Assembly (NCBI GenBank): GCA_044237205.1
Contig: JBIIFP010000001.1
Span: forward strand, 1-59,572
Reading direction: 5' to 3'
DNA: 59,572 nucleotides
From: Pontimonas sp.
GTDB lineage: Bacteria > Actinomycetota > Actinomycetes > Actinomycetales > Microbacteriaceae
Each line of letters starts with the position of its first letter. The first letter of the stretch is position 1. The position numbers were made by a program, and so were the translations under genes. The notes under the pieces were generated by a model that made no database searches, was not told the origin of the DNA, and saw nothing but the letters and a program-made list of their open reading frames with translations. This document shows positions 9,969 to 20,427 of this stretch, in pieces.

Positions 9969-11039
9969 CTAGAGAATCAGGCCGTACTTCTGCAACAGCG
10001 ACTGGGTCTCAGCCAACGTACGCAAGTCTGAAAGGTCCAGGTTAGCCACTCGGAGGTCGGCAAGTGCTGGAACGCCCTCAGGTTCAGGGATTCCAGGCAC
10101 CAGGGGGTACTCGAAGGTTTCATCAACGAAGTACTGCTGGGCAAGGTCCGAGACGAAGAACTCGACGAGGCGGAACGCATCGGCGTCGCCCTCCTGAGAC
10201 ACCACAACACCAGCACCCGTCACGTTGACAATCGAGGCAGGGTCACCCGCAGGGGTGAAGTGCAGCTGAGCACGCATGTTCTCAACACCACGTTCGGCGG
10301 CCAAGCGGTGCCAGTAGTAGTGGTTAATCAGACCCAGCGGAACGATGCCGTCGTTGACGGCTTCGAGGATTGCCGCGTTCTTTTCATAGATCTGAGGGTC
10401 ATTGATGACCAAGCCAGACACCCACTGGTCGGCAGCACTGTGGCCGAGAAGAACCCGGTAAGCCGTAACGAAGGACTGGAAGCTCGCATTACCCGGCGCA
10501 ATGGCGACCTTGCCCGACCACTGAGGGCCGACAATCTCATCAACGCTCTGGGGCAGGTCTTCCGGGGCAACCGTTTCACTGTCATAGACGATGACGCGGG
10601 CGCGACCGGTAACGCCGACCCAGGATGAGTCTGTGGATGAATAGCTCGCATCCACCCGATCGGTGATCTCGGAGGGAAGCGCCACAAATAGTCCCGCGTC
10701 ACTCAGGGCACCCAGTGCGCCTGCGTCTTGAGACAGGAACACGCCTGCTGGGCTCTGATCACCCTCCTCAAGGAGTTGTGCTGCTAGCTCGGAGGTTCCC
10801 GCGTAGCGGATATCGACTGTGATGCCGGTTTCTTCGGTGAAAATGTCGATCAAAGGCTGGATCAGGGTCTCTTCTCGGCCCGAATACAAGATGACGTAGT
10901 CATCAGCAACGAGTTCCACCGCAGTATCTGTCGTTTCCGCGGCTTGCGGTTCGCTCTCAGCAGCGGGGGCACAGGCTGAGAGGCCCAGAGACAGGGAAGC
11001 GACTGCGACAAATGCCAACGTACGCACGACAACAGGCAT
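9969..11039 (-). CDS. Fe3+ ABC transporter substrate-binding lipoprotein (FbpA/FutA-like)
   Basis: Lipobox LSAC; LYSGR, GRARV, LINHYYW (tandem Tyr ligands), EYPL. Confidence 0.9.
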   Translation of the reverse strand: MPVVVRTLAFVAVASLSLGLSACAPAAESEPQAAETTDTAVELVADDYVILYSGREETLIQPLIDIFTEETGITVDIRYAGTSELAAQLLEEGDQSPAGVFLSQDAGALGALSDAGLFVALPSEITDRVDASYSSTDSSWVGVTGRARVIVYDSETVAPEDLPQSVDEIVGPQWSGKVAIAPGNASFQSFVTAYRVLLGHSAADQWVSGLVINDPQIYEKNAAILEAVNDGIVPLGLINHYYWHRLAAERGVENMRAQLHFTPAGDPASIVNVTGAGVVVSQEGDADAFRLVEFFVSDLAQQYFVDETFEYPLVPGIPEPEGVPALADLRVANLDLSDLRTLAETQSLLQKYGLIL

Positions 11040-11094
11040 ATTTCTCCTTTGCGAGACGAGGGCACGTGTCCATTCAGCGCACCAGAAGGGTGAT

Positions 11095-11113
11095 AAAGGT
11101 TAGGTTAACCTAA
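11095..11113. promoter_or_regulatory. IdeR/DtxR iron-box operator
   Basis: AAAGGTTAGGTTAACCTAA matches TTAGGTTAGGCTAACCTAA at 16/19 and overlaps the perfect palindrome GTTAGGTTAACCTAAC (11099-11114). It lies ~55 nt upstream of the iron-binding protein gene. Confidence 0.85.
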
Positions 11114-11140
11114 CTTAACTTCTTTGACAAGCATCTGCCG

Positions 11141-12364
11141 CTATTTTTCTTTAGCCAACCCGGAGAGCACCGCCGCCAACTGGTCAATGCCCCAGTCGAG
11201 ATCCTTCTTCGACACGACAATGGGGGGCGCCAGACGAATCGTTGATCCGTGCGTGTCCTTCGCTAGGACGCCTCTAGCCATCAACGCTTCGCACACCTCG
11301 CGGCCGGTGGCAAGGGCTGGATCGATATCGATTCCCGCCCACAGGCCAACACCTCGAACATCGAGGACGCCATGACCAATCAGCTCACGGAGCCTGCGGT
11401 GAAGATGAACGCCGAGCGCCTTCGAGCGCTTCTGCATGGTCCCGTTCGCAAGCAACCGGACCACCGCGAGCCCCACCGCAGCGGCCAGAGGATTCCCGCC
11501 GAAGGTCGAGCCGTGTTGGCCGGGGGCAAGGACTCCCATCACCGAGGTCTTGCCCACCACAGCGCTCACCGGGACAATGCCGCCGCCCAGTGCCTTTCCC
11601 AGGATCACCACGTCCGGAACAACACCTTCGTTCTGACACTGCAGTGTCGCACCGGTCCGACCAAGCCCCGATTGGATCTCGTCAAGAATCATCAGAACGT
11701 TTCGGTCTTTGGTCAACTGGCGAACGCGCGCGAGATAACCCGCTGGCGGCACAATGATGCCTGCCTCGCCTTGAATGGGCTCGAGCAAGACGGCAACGAC
11801 GGAATCATCCATCGCATTCTTTAGGGCCTCGGCGTCGCCGTAGGGAACAGAGACAAAGCCGGGGGTGAAAGGGCCAAAGTCTTTCCTCGAAGATTCATCC
11901 GAGGAAAAGCTCACGATAGAGATCGTGCGCCCATGGAAGTTGTTGTCCGCCACGATAATGGTCGCCTTGTTCGAAGGAACACCCCGCACCCGATAACCCC
12001 AGGCCCTGGCGACCTTGATGGCGCTCTCGACAGCTTCGGCACCGCTGTTCATGGGCAGCACCATCTCCATACCCACCAATTCGGCAAGCTCCTTGGCGAA
12101 CGTCCCGAGGAGATTGTGGTGGAAGGCTCGAGAAGTGAGCGTTACCGACCGTAGCTGAGCTCTTGCTGCTCGAGTCAGCGCCGGGTGGCCGTGACCGAAA
12201 TTGACCGCCGAGTACGCGGCTAGGCAGTCCAGATACTTCTTACCTTCGACATCTTTAACCCACGCGCCGCTGGCGCTTTTTGCCACAACCGGGAGTGGGT
12301 GATAGTTGTGGGTAAGAAACGAGTCCTCAAGCGCTAGCGCTTGGCGCGTGGCCCTCCCCGTCAT
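11141..12364 (-). CDS. rocD: ornithine--oxo-acid aminotransferase
   Basis: HNYHPLPVV, AYSAVNFGH, EPIQGEAG, DEIQSGLGRTG, LGKALGGG motifs; ATGA overlap with the upstream gene. Confidence 0.93.
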   Translation of the reverse strand: MTGRATRQALALEDSFLTHNYHPLPVVAKSASGAWVKDVEGKKYLDCLAAYSAVNFGHGHPALTRAARAQLRSVTLTSRAFHHNLLGTFAKELAELVGMEMVLPMNSGAEAVESAIKVARAWGYRVRGVPSNKATIIVADNNFHGRTISIVSFSSDESSRKDFGPFTPGFVSVPYGDAEALKNAMDDSVVAVLLEPIQGEAGIIVPPAGYLARVRQLTKDRNVLMILDEIQSGLGRTGATLQCQNEGVVPDVVILGKALGGGIVPVSAVVGKTSVMGVLAPGQHGSTFGGNPLAAAVGLAVVRLLANGTMQKRSKALGVHLHRRLRELIGHGVLDVRGVGLWAGIDIDPALATGREVCEALMARGVLAKDTHGSTIRLAPPIVVSKKDLDWGIDQLAAVLSGLAKEK

Positions 12365-13203
12365 GATCTCAACTCTAGGGTGCAGCACTTAACGCCGCCC
12401 CCGCCGAGAAGCAGCTCCGAGAGATCGACCCCAATTGGGTTATAGCCGCGATCGGCAAGGTCGGCGGCGAAGGTGGTGGCGCGCTGGGCAATCACCACGT
12501 TGTGGCCATCGCTGAAGCTGTTAAGCCCCAACACCGCCGCGTCCTCTTCGGTGGCAATGATGGCATCGGGGTAGCGCTCGCGAAGAATCCCCAGCGAGCG
12601 CTCGTCGAAGGCGCTCGGCAAATAGGCAATCGTGGTCGAATCGACCACGGCCAAGGCTGTGTCGAGGTGGTAGTAGCTGGGATTAATCAGCTGCAGGGAC
12701 ACCACATCCCGGCCATAGATATCGGCTATCTCTTGGTGGCTTCCGGTGTCACTGCGAAAACCGGACGCTGCCAGAATCGTGTCGCCGACGAGGAGGAAGT
12801 CGCCCTCGCCCTCGTTAACCTCGACTGGCTCGACAACCTCAAAGCCCTGCGACCTAAACCACTCCATATAGGCGGGGCCCTCCGGGCCTCGCTCTTGGTG
12901 GTGGAACTTTGCACCGTAGGCGATTCCATCCAAGACGAAGCCGCCATTGGCCGCATAGACCATGTCGGGTAGCTCGGCCAAGGGGTCAATGATGTCAACC
13001 TGAAATCCCAGGTTTTGATACGTGTCATAGAGCACGGTCCACTGCGACAGCGCGAGATTCGTGTCTGTCGGATTCTCCGGATACATCCACGGATTAATCC
13101 GATAGCTCACGGTGAAGTGTTCGGGGCGGCACATCAGCACGCGGGGTGGGGTCGATGGTGCGTCGGCAAGATTGGCGTCATCCCGGGTGCTGGTTGTTGT
13201 CAT
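12361..13203 (-). CDS. ddaH: amidinotransferase (pentein) family: dimethylargininase / arginine-dihydrolase-like
   Basis: LMCRP..INPWM, PDMVYAAN, EGEGD, YHLDT, GGGVKCCTL motifs. Confidence 0.85.
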   Translation of the reverse strand: MTTTSTRDDANLADAPSTPPRVLMCRPEHFTVSYRINPWMYPENPTDTNLALSQWTVLYDTYQNLGFQVDIIDPLAELPDMVYAANGGFVLDGIAYGAKFHHQERGPEGPAYMEWFRSQGFEVVEPVEVNEGEGDFLLVGDTILAASGFRSDTGSHQEIADIYGRDVVSLQLINPSYYHLDTALAVVDSTTIAYLPSAFDERSLGILRERYPDAIIATEEDAAVLGLNSFSDGHNVVIAQRATTFAADLADRGYNPIGVDLSELLLGGGGVKCCTLELRS

Positions 13204-13306
13204 GCCCCTAGTCTCACACGCAACCTTCGCGCTTTTTCGGAATTCAAACGCAGGTATCGTGCGTTTTGGGGGGTCTTGTCGCAACAAATCCACCTAAACT
13301 CATCGC

Positions 13307-13744
13307 ATGGACGCAATAGACCACAAAATAATCGGCGAGCTGCGACACAATGCTCGCGCGAACTACGGCGACATCGGTGGAATCGTGGGGCTCTCGGCCT
13401 CGGCGGTGAAGAGACGAGTGGACAAGCTTGTCGCCGATGGAACCATCCGCGGCTTCACCGTTCACGTCGACCCTGCCGTCGACGGGCTCGCGGTGGAGGC
13501 GTATGTCGAGCTGTTCTGCAGAGGCACGGTCTCCCCCACCGATCTACAACGCATCCTCTCCACCGTCCCCGAGGTCATTGACGCGGGAACGGTGAGCGGG
13601 GATGCCGACGCCATTGTTCACATGAGGGCCAAGGACATCGGGGCTCTCGAGGAAGCGCTGGAGCGTGTCCGCATTGCTCCGAACGTGAACCACACAAAGA
13701 GCTCCATCGTGCTCTCGCGTCTCATTCACCGCCCCAGGGACTAG
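13307..13744 (+). CDS. Lrp/AsnC family transcriptional regulator
   Basis: N-terminal HTH (VGLSASAVKRRV); divergent from ddaH-rocD. Confidence 0.92.
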   Translation: MDAIDHKIIGELRHNARANYGDIGGIVGLSASAVKRRVDKLVADGTIRGFTVHVDPAVDGLAVEAYVELFCRGTVSPTDLQRILSTVPEVIDAGTVSGDADAIVHMRAKDIGALEEALERVRIAPNVNHTKSSIVLSRLIHRPRD

Positions 13745-16700
13745 ACGCGGAGCTCCAGAAAGCGCGGGTCGGGCGCTCCAAAGCGCTGTGCTGTGATGGA
13801 CACGGCCTGTTCCTTCACAAACGGCAGCATCTCAACACGTCCCGACTCGGTCACGTCATCCGCATAGATGGCCACCTCAGGTGCCCCATCAAAGGCCACA
13901 GCGAGAGCATCTGCCCGGCCGCCGAGGAGTCGGATTCTTGCGGGCGGTGAAGCCGCAGTCCGCACGACGAATCCGCGCTCGCTTTCGACCACATAGCCGC
14001 CGAGGCGACCAGACCCCTCTGGGCTCTGGCGCATGAGGGCGACCAGTTCCTCGGGAAGCGACTCGGACGTGGAGATGTTGATGGTTGACCCTGCGCGAAT
14101 ACCGGCTGCGAATACGCGAAGGATCTCCGCCGCGGGGACCAAACCAGAAGCCCTAATTGTTACCGCGCTCGGGTGATAACGGAAGACATTGCGCTCCACG
14201 CCAAGCCCAGCAGGATCGTGCGAGACACCGTAGACGCTCTCCCACACCCGGCGATCATCGCCGAGGCTGCGCGTGAGGAATGCAGACTCATCAGTGTCTG
14301 GCTGACTGGCGGCGGCGATGAGGCGCGCGAAGTAGTCCCCAGGAACGGGCAATTCTTGGTCTGAGTCAATCTCACGCCGCTGCCATTGGCCTAGCGCAAA
14401 GAGGTAATTAGGCCCACCGGCTTTAGCGCCAGGGCCGACGCTCGATTTCTTCCACCCGCCAAAGGGTTGGCGCGCCACGATAGCTCCGGTGATACTCCGG
14501 TTGATGTAGCAGTTGCCGGCCTCGACCCGCTCCAACCAGAACGCAACCTCATCGGTGTCCAGGGAGTGAATGCCTGCAGTCAGACCGTACTCCACGGCGT
14601 TCTGAAGGCGTACCGCTTCAGCGAGTGTGCGCGCCGTCATGATGCCGAGAACCGGGCCAAAGTACTCGGTTTGGTGGAAAGCGCTTCCGGGTCTCACATG
14701 ATCGCGGATCCCTGGCGACCAGAGGCGCCCTTCTGCATCAAGCGACCGAGGTTCCAAAATCCACTCTTCGCCCTTGCCAAGCTCCCCCAGACCCTCGCTG
14801 AGCTTGGGGCCTGGCGCCTCGATGACCGGGCCCATAACCGACTCGGGGTTATCCGGGTAGCCCACGCGCAGGGTACTGGCCGCATCCACAAGTTGTCGAC
14901 GGAAGCGCTCCGAGGTTCCTACGGAGCCGACCAGGATGACCAAGCTTGCTGCCGAGCACTTCTGTCCCGAGTGGCCAAAAGCACTCTTCACGATGTCGGC
15001 CACAGCCAAGTCGAAATCGGCGCTGGGCGTGACAATGATGGCATTCTTGCCACTGGTCTCAGCAAGCAGGGACAAGCTCGCTCGGAACGACCGGAACAGG
15101 CGAGCAGTCTCAAAACCACCCGTCAGAATCAGTCGATCAACACCCGGGTGGGCTATCAGCATGCGGCCCACTTGGCCTTCTTGAACGTCGACCAGTTGAA
15201 GGACATCCCTCGGCACACCGGCAGCCCACAGGGCCTCAACCAACACAGCACCGCAGCGCCTGGCCTGAGGGGCAGGCTTGATGGCAACAGCACTGCCAGC
15301 AGCCAGAGCTGCCAGCACAGACCCCGCAGGAATCGCCACGGGGAAGTTCCACGGCGGCGTCACAAGCGTGAAGCGCGCAGGCTGAAAGCGTGCGCCCTGA
15401 ATAGTCTCAAGCTCGAGCGCTTGGTGGGCGTAGTAGCGGGCGAAGTCAATCGCCTCGCTGACCTCGGGGTCGCCCTCTGCCAAGGTCTTTCCCGCCTCCT
15501 GGGACATCACCGCTAGTAACTGACGACGTCTGTTGCCAAGCTCGTCGGCAACGCGAAGAAGGATTGCCGCCCGCGCCGCGGCGGATTGCTGAGACCATTT
15601 TGCGCCCGCTGCCCGACCCTTCGCAATCACGTTCTCGATCGCAATGCCTCCGGCAATCGGGCCCGAGGACTCAGGTAGTGCGGCTTTCTTCAGTGCTTCA
15701 ACACCGAGGGCTTTACCGGGGGCCGATCCGGCAAGCGCACGAACACTCTCAATCCATTCTCGGTTCTCCGCCAAAGACGGGTCAGTGTCTGCCTCGTTCT
15801 CAAAAGTGGCGTGGGTCGATGCTGTGGGCTTTAACCGGTTCTGATTCCGATTCGGGGCCGGGGGCGTCTGGCTCAGCGCCACAAGGGAGCCGCGAAAGCG
15901 ACGCTCTTCTCTGGCGAAGTAATCATCGCTCTGATGGAGATCAAACACAGCCGACATGAAGTTCTCTGGACTCGCGTTCTCATCCAAACGCCGCACGAGA
16001 TACCCCACGGCTGCATCAAATTCGCTCGGGTGTACAACAGGCGTATAGACAATGAGCCGACCCACGGTCTCGCGCACCGCGTCGGCTTGGTCCGGAGCCA
16101 TGCCAATCAACATTTCGTAGTCAACGGCGCTACCAACGCCACGGTGTTCAGCCAACCGGTTGGCGAAAGCCAGATCAAAAAGGTTGTGGCCAGCTACCCC
16201 GATGCGCAAGGACTTGGTCCTAGCCGGCGTCAGGGCCCATTCGAGCACTCGCTTGTAGTGGGTGTCCGTGGCCTGCTTGGAGGGCAGAACAGCGAGTGGC
16301 CAATCATGAAGCTCGGCGTCCACCTGTTCCATCTGAAGGTTCGCGCCCTTCACGACTCGCACCTTCAGGGGTGCGCCGCCAGCCTGCACCCTGGCTGTGG
16401 CAAAGGCGCTGATCTTCTTCATCGCGTCAAGCGCCTCTGGCAAATAGGCCTGAAGGACGATTCCGCCGCTGTAGGACTTGAGGCTCTTGTGCGAGAGAAC
16501 GCTCTGGAAGACATCGATCGTCATATCGAGGTCTTTGAATTCCTCCATATCGAGATTGATGAAGGTTGGCGGGTTGGTCGCTGCGGCCTGCTGATAGAGC
16601 GGCAAGAGACGCTTGACGACTCGGCTGACCGTCTGGTCGTACGCCCACATGGACAACTGGCTCGAGACTGCCGACACCTTGACAGATACGTAGTCCACAT

Positions 16701-17259
16701 CATTTCTGGCGATGAGTGCGCTCACACCAGCGAGACGCCTATCCGCCTCGCGGTCCCCCAACACCGCTTCACCCAGAAGATTGATGTTGAGCTGATCGCC
16801 CTTCTTCTTCAGGCGCTTGAGCGACCGCGGCAGCTTCCTCGCACTGGCATCAATGATCAGGTGGCCAATGAGGACCTTCAGGGCGGAGCGGGCGATCGGC
16901 AGCACAATGCCCGGGAAAATCGGGGCAAAGAATCCACCTACACGAATCAGGAACGTGAGAACAGGAGACAGGAATTCAGGAATGTCCCGGGAAAGTTCCC
17001 GAAAGTTCCTGGCCGCAACCCCGAGATCTTCTGGCCGTGCGACCCGATCCACAAACCCCAAGGCAAATTCGGGACCCTTCGGGTCCTTGAGCACTCCCGC
17101 GAGTCGCTGGGAGCTCGGATGAGGCTTGCGGTGCAATGTTGCAGCCCGAGTGAGCCAGGTTCGAACGAGGGCGACAGACTCATCGGCGAGCGATTGTGCA
17201 AACGCGGTTCCAGAGGTGCGCGAACCGCGGGAAGCATCGTTGCTAGGGCCAGTTGGCAT
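13741..17259 (-). CDS. putA: bifunctional proline dehydrogenase / P5C dehydrogenase
   Basis: NLDMEE, RVVKGAN, YLVRRLDEN, ETSGKN, GQKCSA, EYFGP motifs. Confidence 0.93.
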   Translation of the reverse strand: MPTGPSNDASRGSRTSGTAFAQSLADESVALVRTWLTRAATLHRKPHPSSQRLAGVLKDPKGPEFALGFVDRVARPEDLGVAARNFRELSRDIPEFLSPVLTFLIRVGGFFAPIFPGIVLPIARSALKVLIGHLIIDASARKLPRSLKRLKKKGDQLNINLLGEAVLGDREADRRLAGVSALIARNDVDYVSVKVSAVSSQLSMWAYDQTVSRVVKRLLPLYQQAAATNPPTFINLDMEEFKDLDMTIDVFQSVLSHKSLKSYSGGIVLQAYLPEALDAMKKISAFATARVQAGGAPLKVRVVKGANLQMEQVDAELHDWPLAVLPSKQATDTHYKRVLEWALTPARTKSLRIGVAGHNLFDLAFANRLAEHRGVGSAVDYEMLIGMAPDQADAVRETVGRLIVYTPVVHPSEFDAAVGYLVRRLDENASPENFMSAVFDLHQSDDYFAREERRFRGSLVALSQTPPAPNRNQNRLKPTASTHATFENEADTDPSLAENREWIESVRALAGSAPGKALGVEALKKAALPESSGPIAGGIAIENVIAKGRAAGAKWSQQSAAARAAILLRVADELGNRRRQLLAVMSQEAGKTLAEGDPEVSEAIDFARYYAHQALELETIQGARFQPARFTLVTPPWNFPVAIPAGSVLAALAAGSAVAIKPAPQARRCGAVLVEALWAAGVPRDVLQLVDVQEGQVGRMLIAHPGVDRLILTGGFETARLFRSFRASLSLLAETSGKNAIIVTPSADFDLAVADIVKSAFGHSGQKCSAASLVILVGSVGTSERFRRQLVDAASTLRVGYPDNPESVMGPVIEAPGPKLSEGLGELGKGEEWILEPRSLDAEGRLWSPGIRDHVRPGSAFHQTEYFGPVLGIMTARTLAEAVRLQNAVEYGLTAGIHSLDTDEVAFWLERVEAGNCYINRSITGAIVARQPFGGWKKSSVGPGAKAGGPNYLFALGQWQRREIDSDQELPVPGDYFARLIAAASQPDTDESAFLTRSLGDDRRVWESVYGVSHDPAGLGVERNVFRYHPSAVTIRASGLVPAAEILRVFAAGIRAGSTINISTSESLPEELVALMRQSPEGSGRLGGYVVESERGFVVRTAASPPARIRLLGGRADALAVAFDGAPEVAIYADDVTESGRVEMLPFVKEQAVSITAQRFGAPDPRFLELRV

Positions 17260-17351
17260 AGTGAGATGCTAGGTGGTGAGCCGCTTTTTTGCACGTTAGT
17301 TGGGCGGCTCGCGAGCCCCACGGGGCTTGGCGCCCCCTCTACACTGGGGCC

Positions 17352-18935
17352 ATGAACGAGGTTGTTCCGAAAAACTGCGATGTCCTCATTGTGGGTGGCG
17401 GCCACAACGGCTTGACTGCAGCCGCCTACCTCGCGCAAGCGGGGCTGAACGTCGTCGTGCTCGAGCGTCTTGAGGAGTGGGGAGGTGCCGCTGTTTCGGC
17501 GGAGTCGTTCCCCGGAGTAGACGCGAGGCTCTCCCGCTATTCCTACCTCGTGAGCCTGCTTCCCCAGAAAATCATTGATGACCTGGGGCTCGAGATCACC
17601 CTGGCCAAGCGGCGCTACTCTTCCTTTACCCCGGTTCCAGGGACCTCGCACGGTCTCCTGATTGATAACCACGACGCCGATGCCACGGCAGCGTCCTTTG
17701 CTGCACTGGGGGCCTCGGACGACTCCGAGGCGTGGACTGACTTCTATGCCAGGACCCAGGTACTAGCAGGGGCAATGTTCCCCGGAGTGACCGACCCCTT
17801 GATTACTCGGTCCGAGGCCAAAGCCCTGCTTGCCACCCGCGAGGGCGGAAGCGAAATCTGGAACGACTTCATCGAGCGCCCCGTAGGAGAAGTGATCGAA
17901 TCCACTTTCACCAACGATGTGGTGCGCGGAGTGGTGTTGACCGACGGCTTAATCGGAACATTTGCCCCCAACCACGATGACAACCTCGATGCCAACAAGT
18001 GCTTCCTCTATCACGTGATTGGCGGGGGAACAGGCGACTGGGATGTCCCCGTAGGTGGCATGGGCGCCGTCTCCGGCGCCATCCTCCATGCCGCCCGCGC
18101 CGCCGGCGCGAGCCTGATGGGCGGCGCCGACGTGACGAGCGTGAGCGATGACCACGCCGTGACCTTCTTTCGTGATGGAGCCGAACACACCATCCAGGCT
18201 CGTTATGTGCTGGTCAACGCCTCGCCGGAAGAGCTTCAGCGCCTGAGGGGACACAGCATCAGCGATCGCGCGGAGGGCGCTCAGGTCAAAGTGAACATGG
18301 TGCTCACCAGGCTTCCCCAGCTAGCGGATCCAACAATCACACCCGCAGCAGCGTTTGGCGGAACGTTCCACATCAACGAAACATGGTCACAGCTCGCGAG
18401 GGCCCACAACGATGCAACTGAGCTGAGTATTCCGAACCCCTTGCCCTGCGAAATCTATTGCCACTCGCTGACCGATTCGAGCATCCTCAGCCCCGAGCTT
18501 GCTGAGCAGGGCGTTCACACATTGACCGTGTTCGGGCTTCACGTCCCTCACCGGCTCACCACCGCCTATGAACCAGACGTCCTCCGAGGGACTCTCCAGC
18601 AAGCGGTGATCGACTCGCTCAACTCGGTTCTCGCCGAGCCCATTGAGGACCTGCTGCTCCGCGATGCGAATGGCAAGCCGTGCATTGAAACCAAGACAAC
18701 AGGCGATCTCGAGCACGCTCTGCGGCTGCCCGGCGGAAACATCTTCCACGGACCACTGGCATGGCCCTTCGTGGAAGACGATGAAGACCTGGGTACCCCG
18801 GCCAAACGCTGGGGGGTTGCCACAGATGATGCCGGCATCCTGCTCTGTGGTTCAGGTGCCAGACGAGGAGGCGCCGTCAGCGGCATTGCGGGTCACAATG
18901 CCGCTATGGCGGTCCTCGAAATGGAGAACTCCTAG
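17352..18935 (+). CDS. phytoene desaturase-like FAD-dependent oxidoreductase
   Basis: GGGHNGL Rossmann motif, GGNIFHG, GGAVSGIAGHNAA; ATG 6 nt after TACACT. Confidence 0.85.
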   Translation: MNEVVPKNCDVLIVGGGHNGLTAAAYLAQAGLNVVVLERLEEWGGAAVSAESFPGVDARLSRYSYLVSLLPQKIIDDLGLEITLAKRRYSSFTPVPGTSHGLLIDNHDADATAASFAALGASDDSEAWTDFYARTQVLAGAMFPGVTDPLITRSEAKALLATREGGSEIWNDFIERPVGEVIESTFTNDVVRGVVLTDGLIGTFAPNHDDNLDANKCFLYHVIGGGTGDWDVPVGGMGAVSGAILHAARAAGASLMGGADVTSVSDDHAVTFFRDGAEHTIQARYVLVNASPEELQRLRGHSISDRAEGAQVKVNMVLTRLPQLADPTITPAAAFGGTFHINETWSQLARAHNDATELSIPNPLPCEIYCHSLTDSSILSPELAEQGVHTLTVFGLHVPHRLTTAYEPDVLRGTLQQAVIDSLNSVLAEPIEDLLLRDANGKPCIETKTTGDLEHALRLPGGNIFHGPLAWPFVEDDEDLGTPAKRWGVATDDAGILLCGSGARRGGAVSGIAGHNAAMAVLEMENS

Positions 18936-19282
18936 CTGAAGAAGTCTGGTCCCATGGGGCCAAAACCATCCATGTCGCCAAACTCACCAAGAGTCGAGAC
19001 GAGAAGGACAATCCAGCCGATGAACACCAGTGTGCCTATAACAATGAGTGTTGCGCTCACGGCGACGGCAACCTTCGCAGGGACGTTAGACACGCCTGCA
19101 CGGTTTGACCACACCCACGCCACGATACCCATGATGAGCGCCGGCACCTGAACGAAGAAAGACAAAACGAGAGCGACGAGGCCGAGGGTCTGACCCGGGT
19201 ATTCGGGCTTACCGCTGAGTGCGGACTCGGTGACCACTGCCTGGTGATTTTCGGCGACGACGGGTTTTTGAGGTGTAGCCAT
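18932..19282 (-). CDS. small two-TM membrane protein (DUF4190-like)
   Basis: YPGQTLG followed by two hydrophobic helices; AGGAG RBS. Confidence 0.7.
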   Translation of the reverse strand: MATPQKPVVAENHQAVVTESALSGKPEYPGQTLGLVALVLSFFVQVPALIMGIVAWVWSNRAGVSNVPAKVAVAVSATLIVIGTLVFIGWIVLLVSTLGEFGDMDGFGPMGPDFFS

Positions 19283-19404
19283 GATGTTCTCCTACTGGCG
19301 GTCGTTATCGACTTACCGCCGTCTCTCACCCTAGACACCAGAGCTGGGCGAGAGATGAGTGTCGGGGGTCTCCAGGCCCCGGGAAAAACGACACAATAGC
19401 TACT

Positions 19405-20427
19405 ATGAGAATCGGAATTCTAACTAGCGGTGGCGACGCCCCCGGCCTCAACGCTGTGATTCGTGGTGCAGTCCTCAAGGGAACACGCGTCCACGGGCAC
19501 GAATTTGTCGGATTCCGGGGTGGTTATAAGGGCTTGTGTGATTCAGACGCGATGCCCCTCGCCCGGAACGAGGTGAAAGGTATCGGCAACACCGGTGGAA
19601 CCATTCTCGGAACCTCCCGGACCAACCCTTTTGAGCACGGCGGCGCACCGCGGGTGCGCGAAGTGCTCGACGAGCATCGCCTCGATGCTCTCATCACGGT
19701 GGGCGGCGAAGGCAGCCTCGCTGCCGCCAAAGAACTCTCAGACCTGGGGCTGCCGGTCGTCGGCGTCCCCAAGACTGTCGATAACGACCTAAACGGCACC
19801 GACTTTACCTTTGGTTTTGACACTGCAGTGAGCATTGCCACTGAGGCCATGGATCGCCTCCGCACCACGGGAGACTCGCACTCCAGGTGCATGGTGGCCG
19901 AAGTTATGGGCCGCCATGTGGGCTGGATTGCCCTGCACTCCGGTATGGCCGCAGGAGCCCACGCCATCTTGATTCCTGAGCGCAAAACCAGCATGGATGA
20001 GCTCCTCCACTGGGTGCGCTCAGCACATGACCGCGGTCGTGCGCCGCTGGTCGTCGTTGCTGAGGGTTTTGTTCTCGACACCATGGACGATGCCCACTCT
20101 GAGCGCGGACTCGATGCCTTTGGTCGCCCTCGTCTCGGCGGAATCGGCGAGAAGCTCGCCCCGCTGATCGAAGAAGCCACCGGGATTGAGACCCGGGCAA
20201 CCACCTTGGGGCACATTCAGCGCGGTGGAACGCCGAGTGCCTTCGACCGAGTGCTCGCTACCCGCTTTGGGATGAATGTTGTCGACTTGGTCAACGCTCA
20301 CCAGTGGGGCCACATGGTGGCGTTGCGCGGTACCGACATTCACACGGTCAACTTCTCCGAAGCGCTCGGCGCATTGAAGACGGTGCCCGCTGAGCGCTAT
20401 GAGGCCGCGGCGATGCTCTTTGGCTAA
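19405..20427 (+). CDS. pfkA: 6-phosphofructokinase
   Basis: TSGGDAPGLN, GGEGS, PKTVDND, EVMGR, LGHIQRGG motifs. Confidence 0.95.
   Translation: MRIGILTSGGDAPGLNAVIRGAVLKGTRVHGHEFVGFRGGYKGLCDSDAMPLARNEVKGIGNTGGTILGTSRTNPFEHGGAPRVREVLDEHRLDALITVGGEGSLAAAKELSDLGLPVVGVPKTVDNDLNGTDFTFGFDTAVSIATEAMDRLRTTGDSHSRCMVAEVMGRHVGWIALHSGMAAGAHAILIPERKTSMDELLHWVRSAHDRGRAPLVVVAEGFVLDTMDDAHSERGLDAFGRPRLGGIGEKLAPLIEEATGIETRATTLGHIQRGGTPSAFDRVLATRFGMNVVDLVNAHQWGHMVALRGTDIHTVNFSEALGALKTVPAERYEAAAMLFG

Noticed and set aside
2311-11113. A single 9-kb iron-regulated operon from the IdeR box to the heme ATPase
   Set aside because: The acyl-CoA dehydrogenase and lplA genes have their own -10 elements positioned for leaderless starts; co-orientation alone is insufficient.
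14467-17355. Long plus-strand ORFs (349 and 473 aa) opposite putA
   Set aside because: Antisense shadow frames typical of high-GC coding DNA; no motifs.
17352-18935. crtI carotenoid gene
   Set aside because: Only general family motifs; no other crt genes adjacent.
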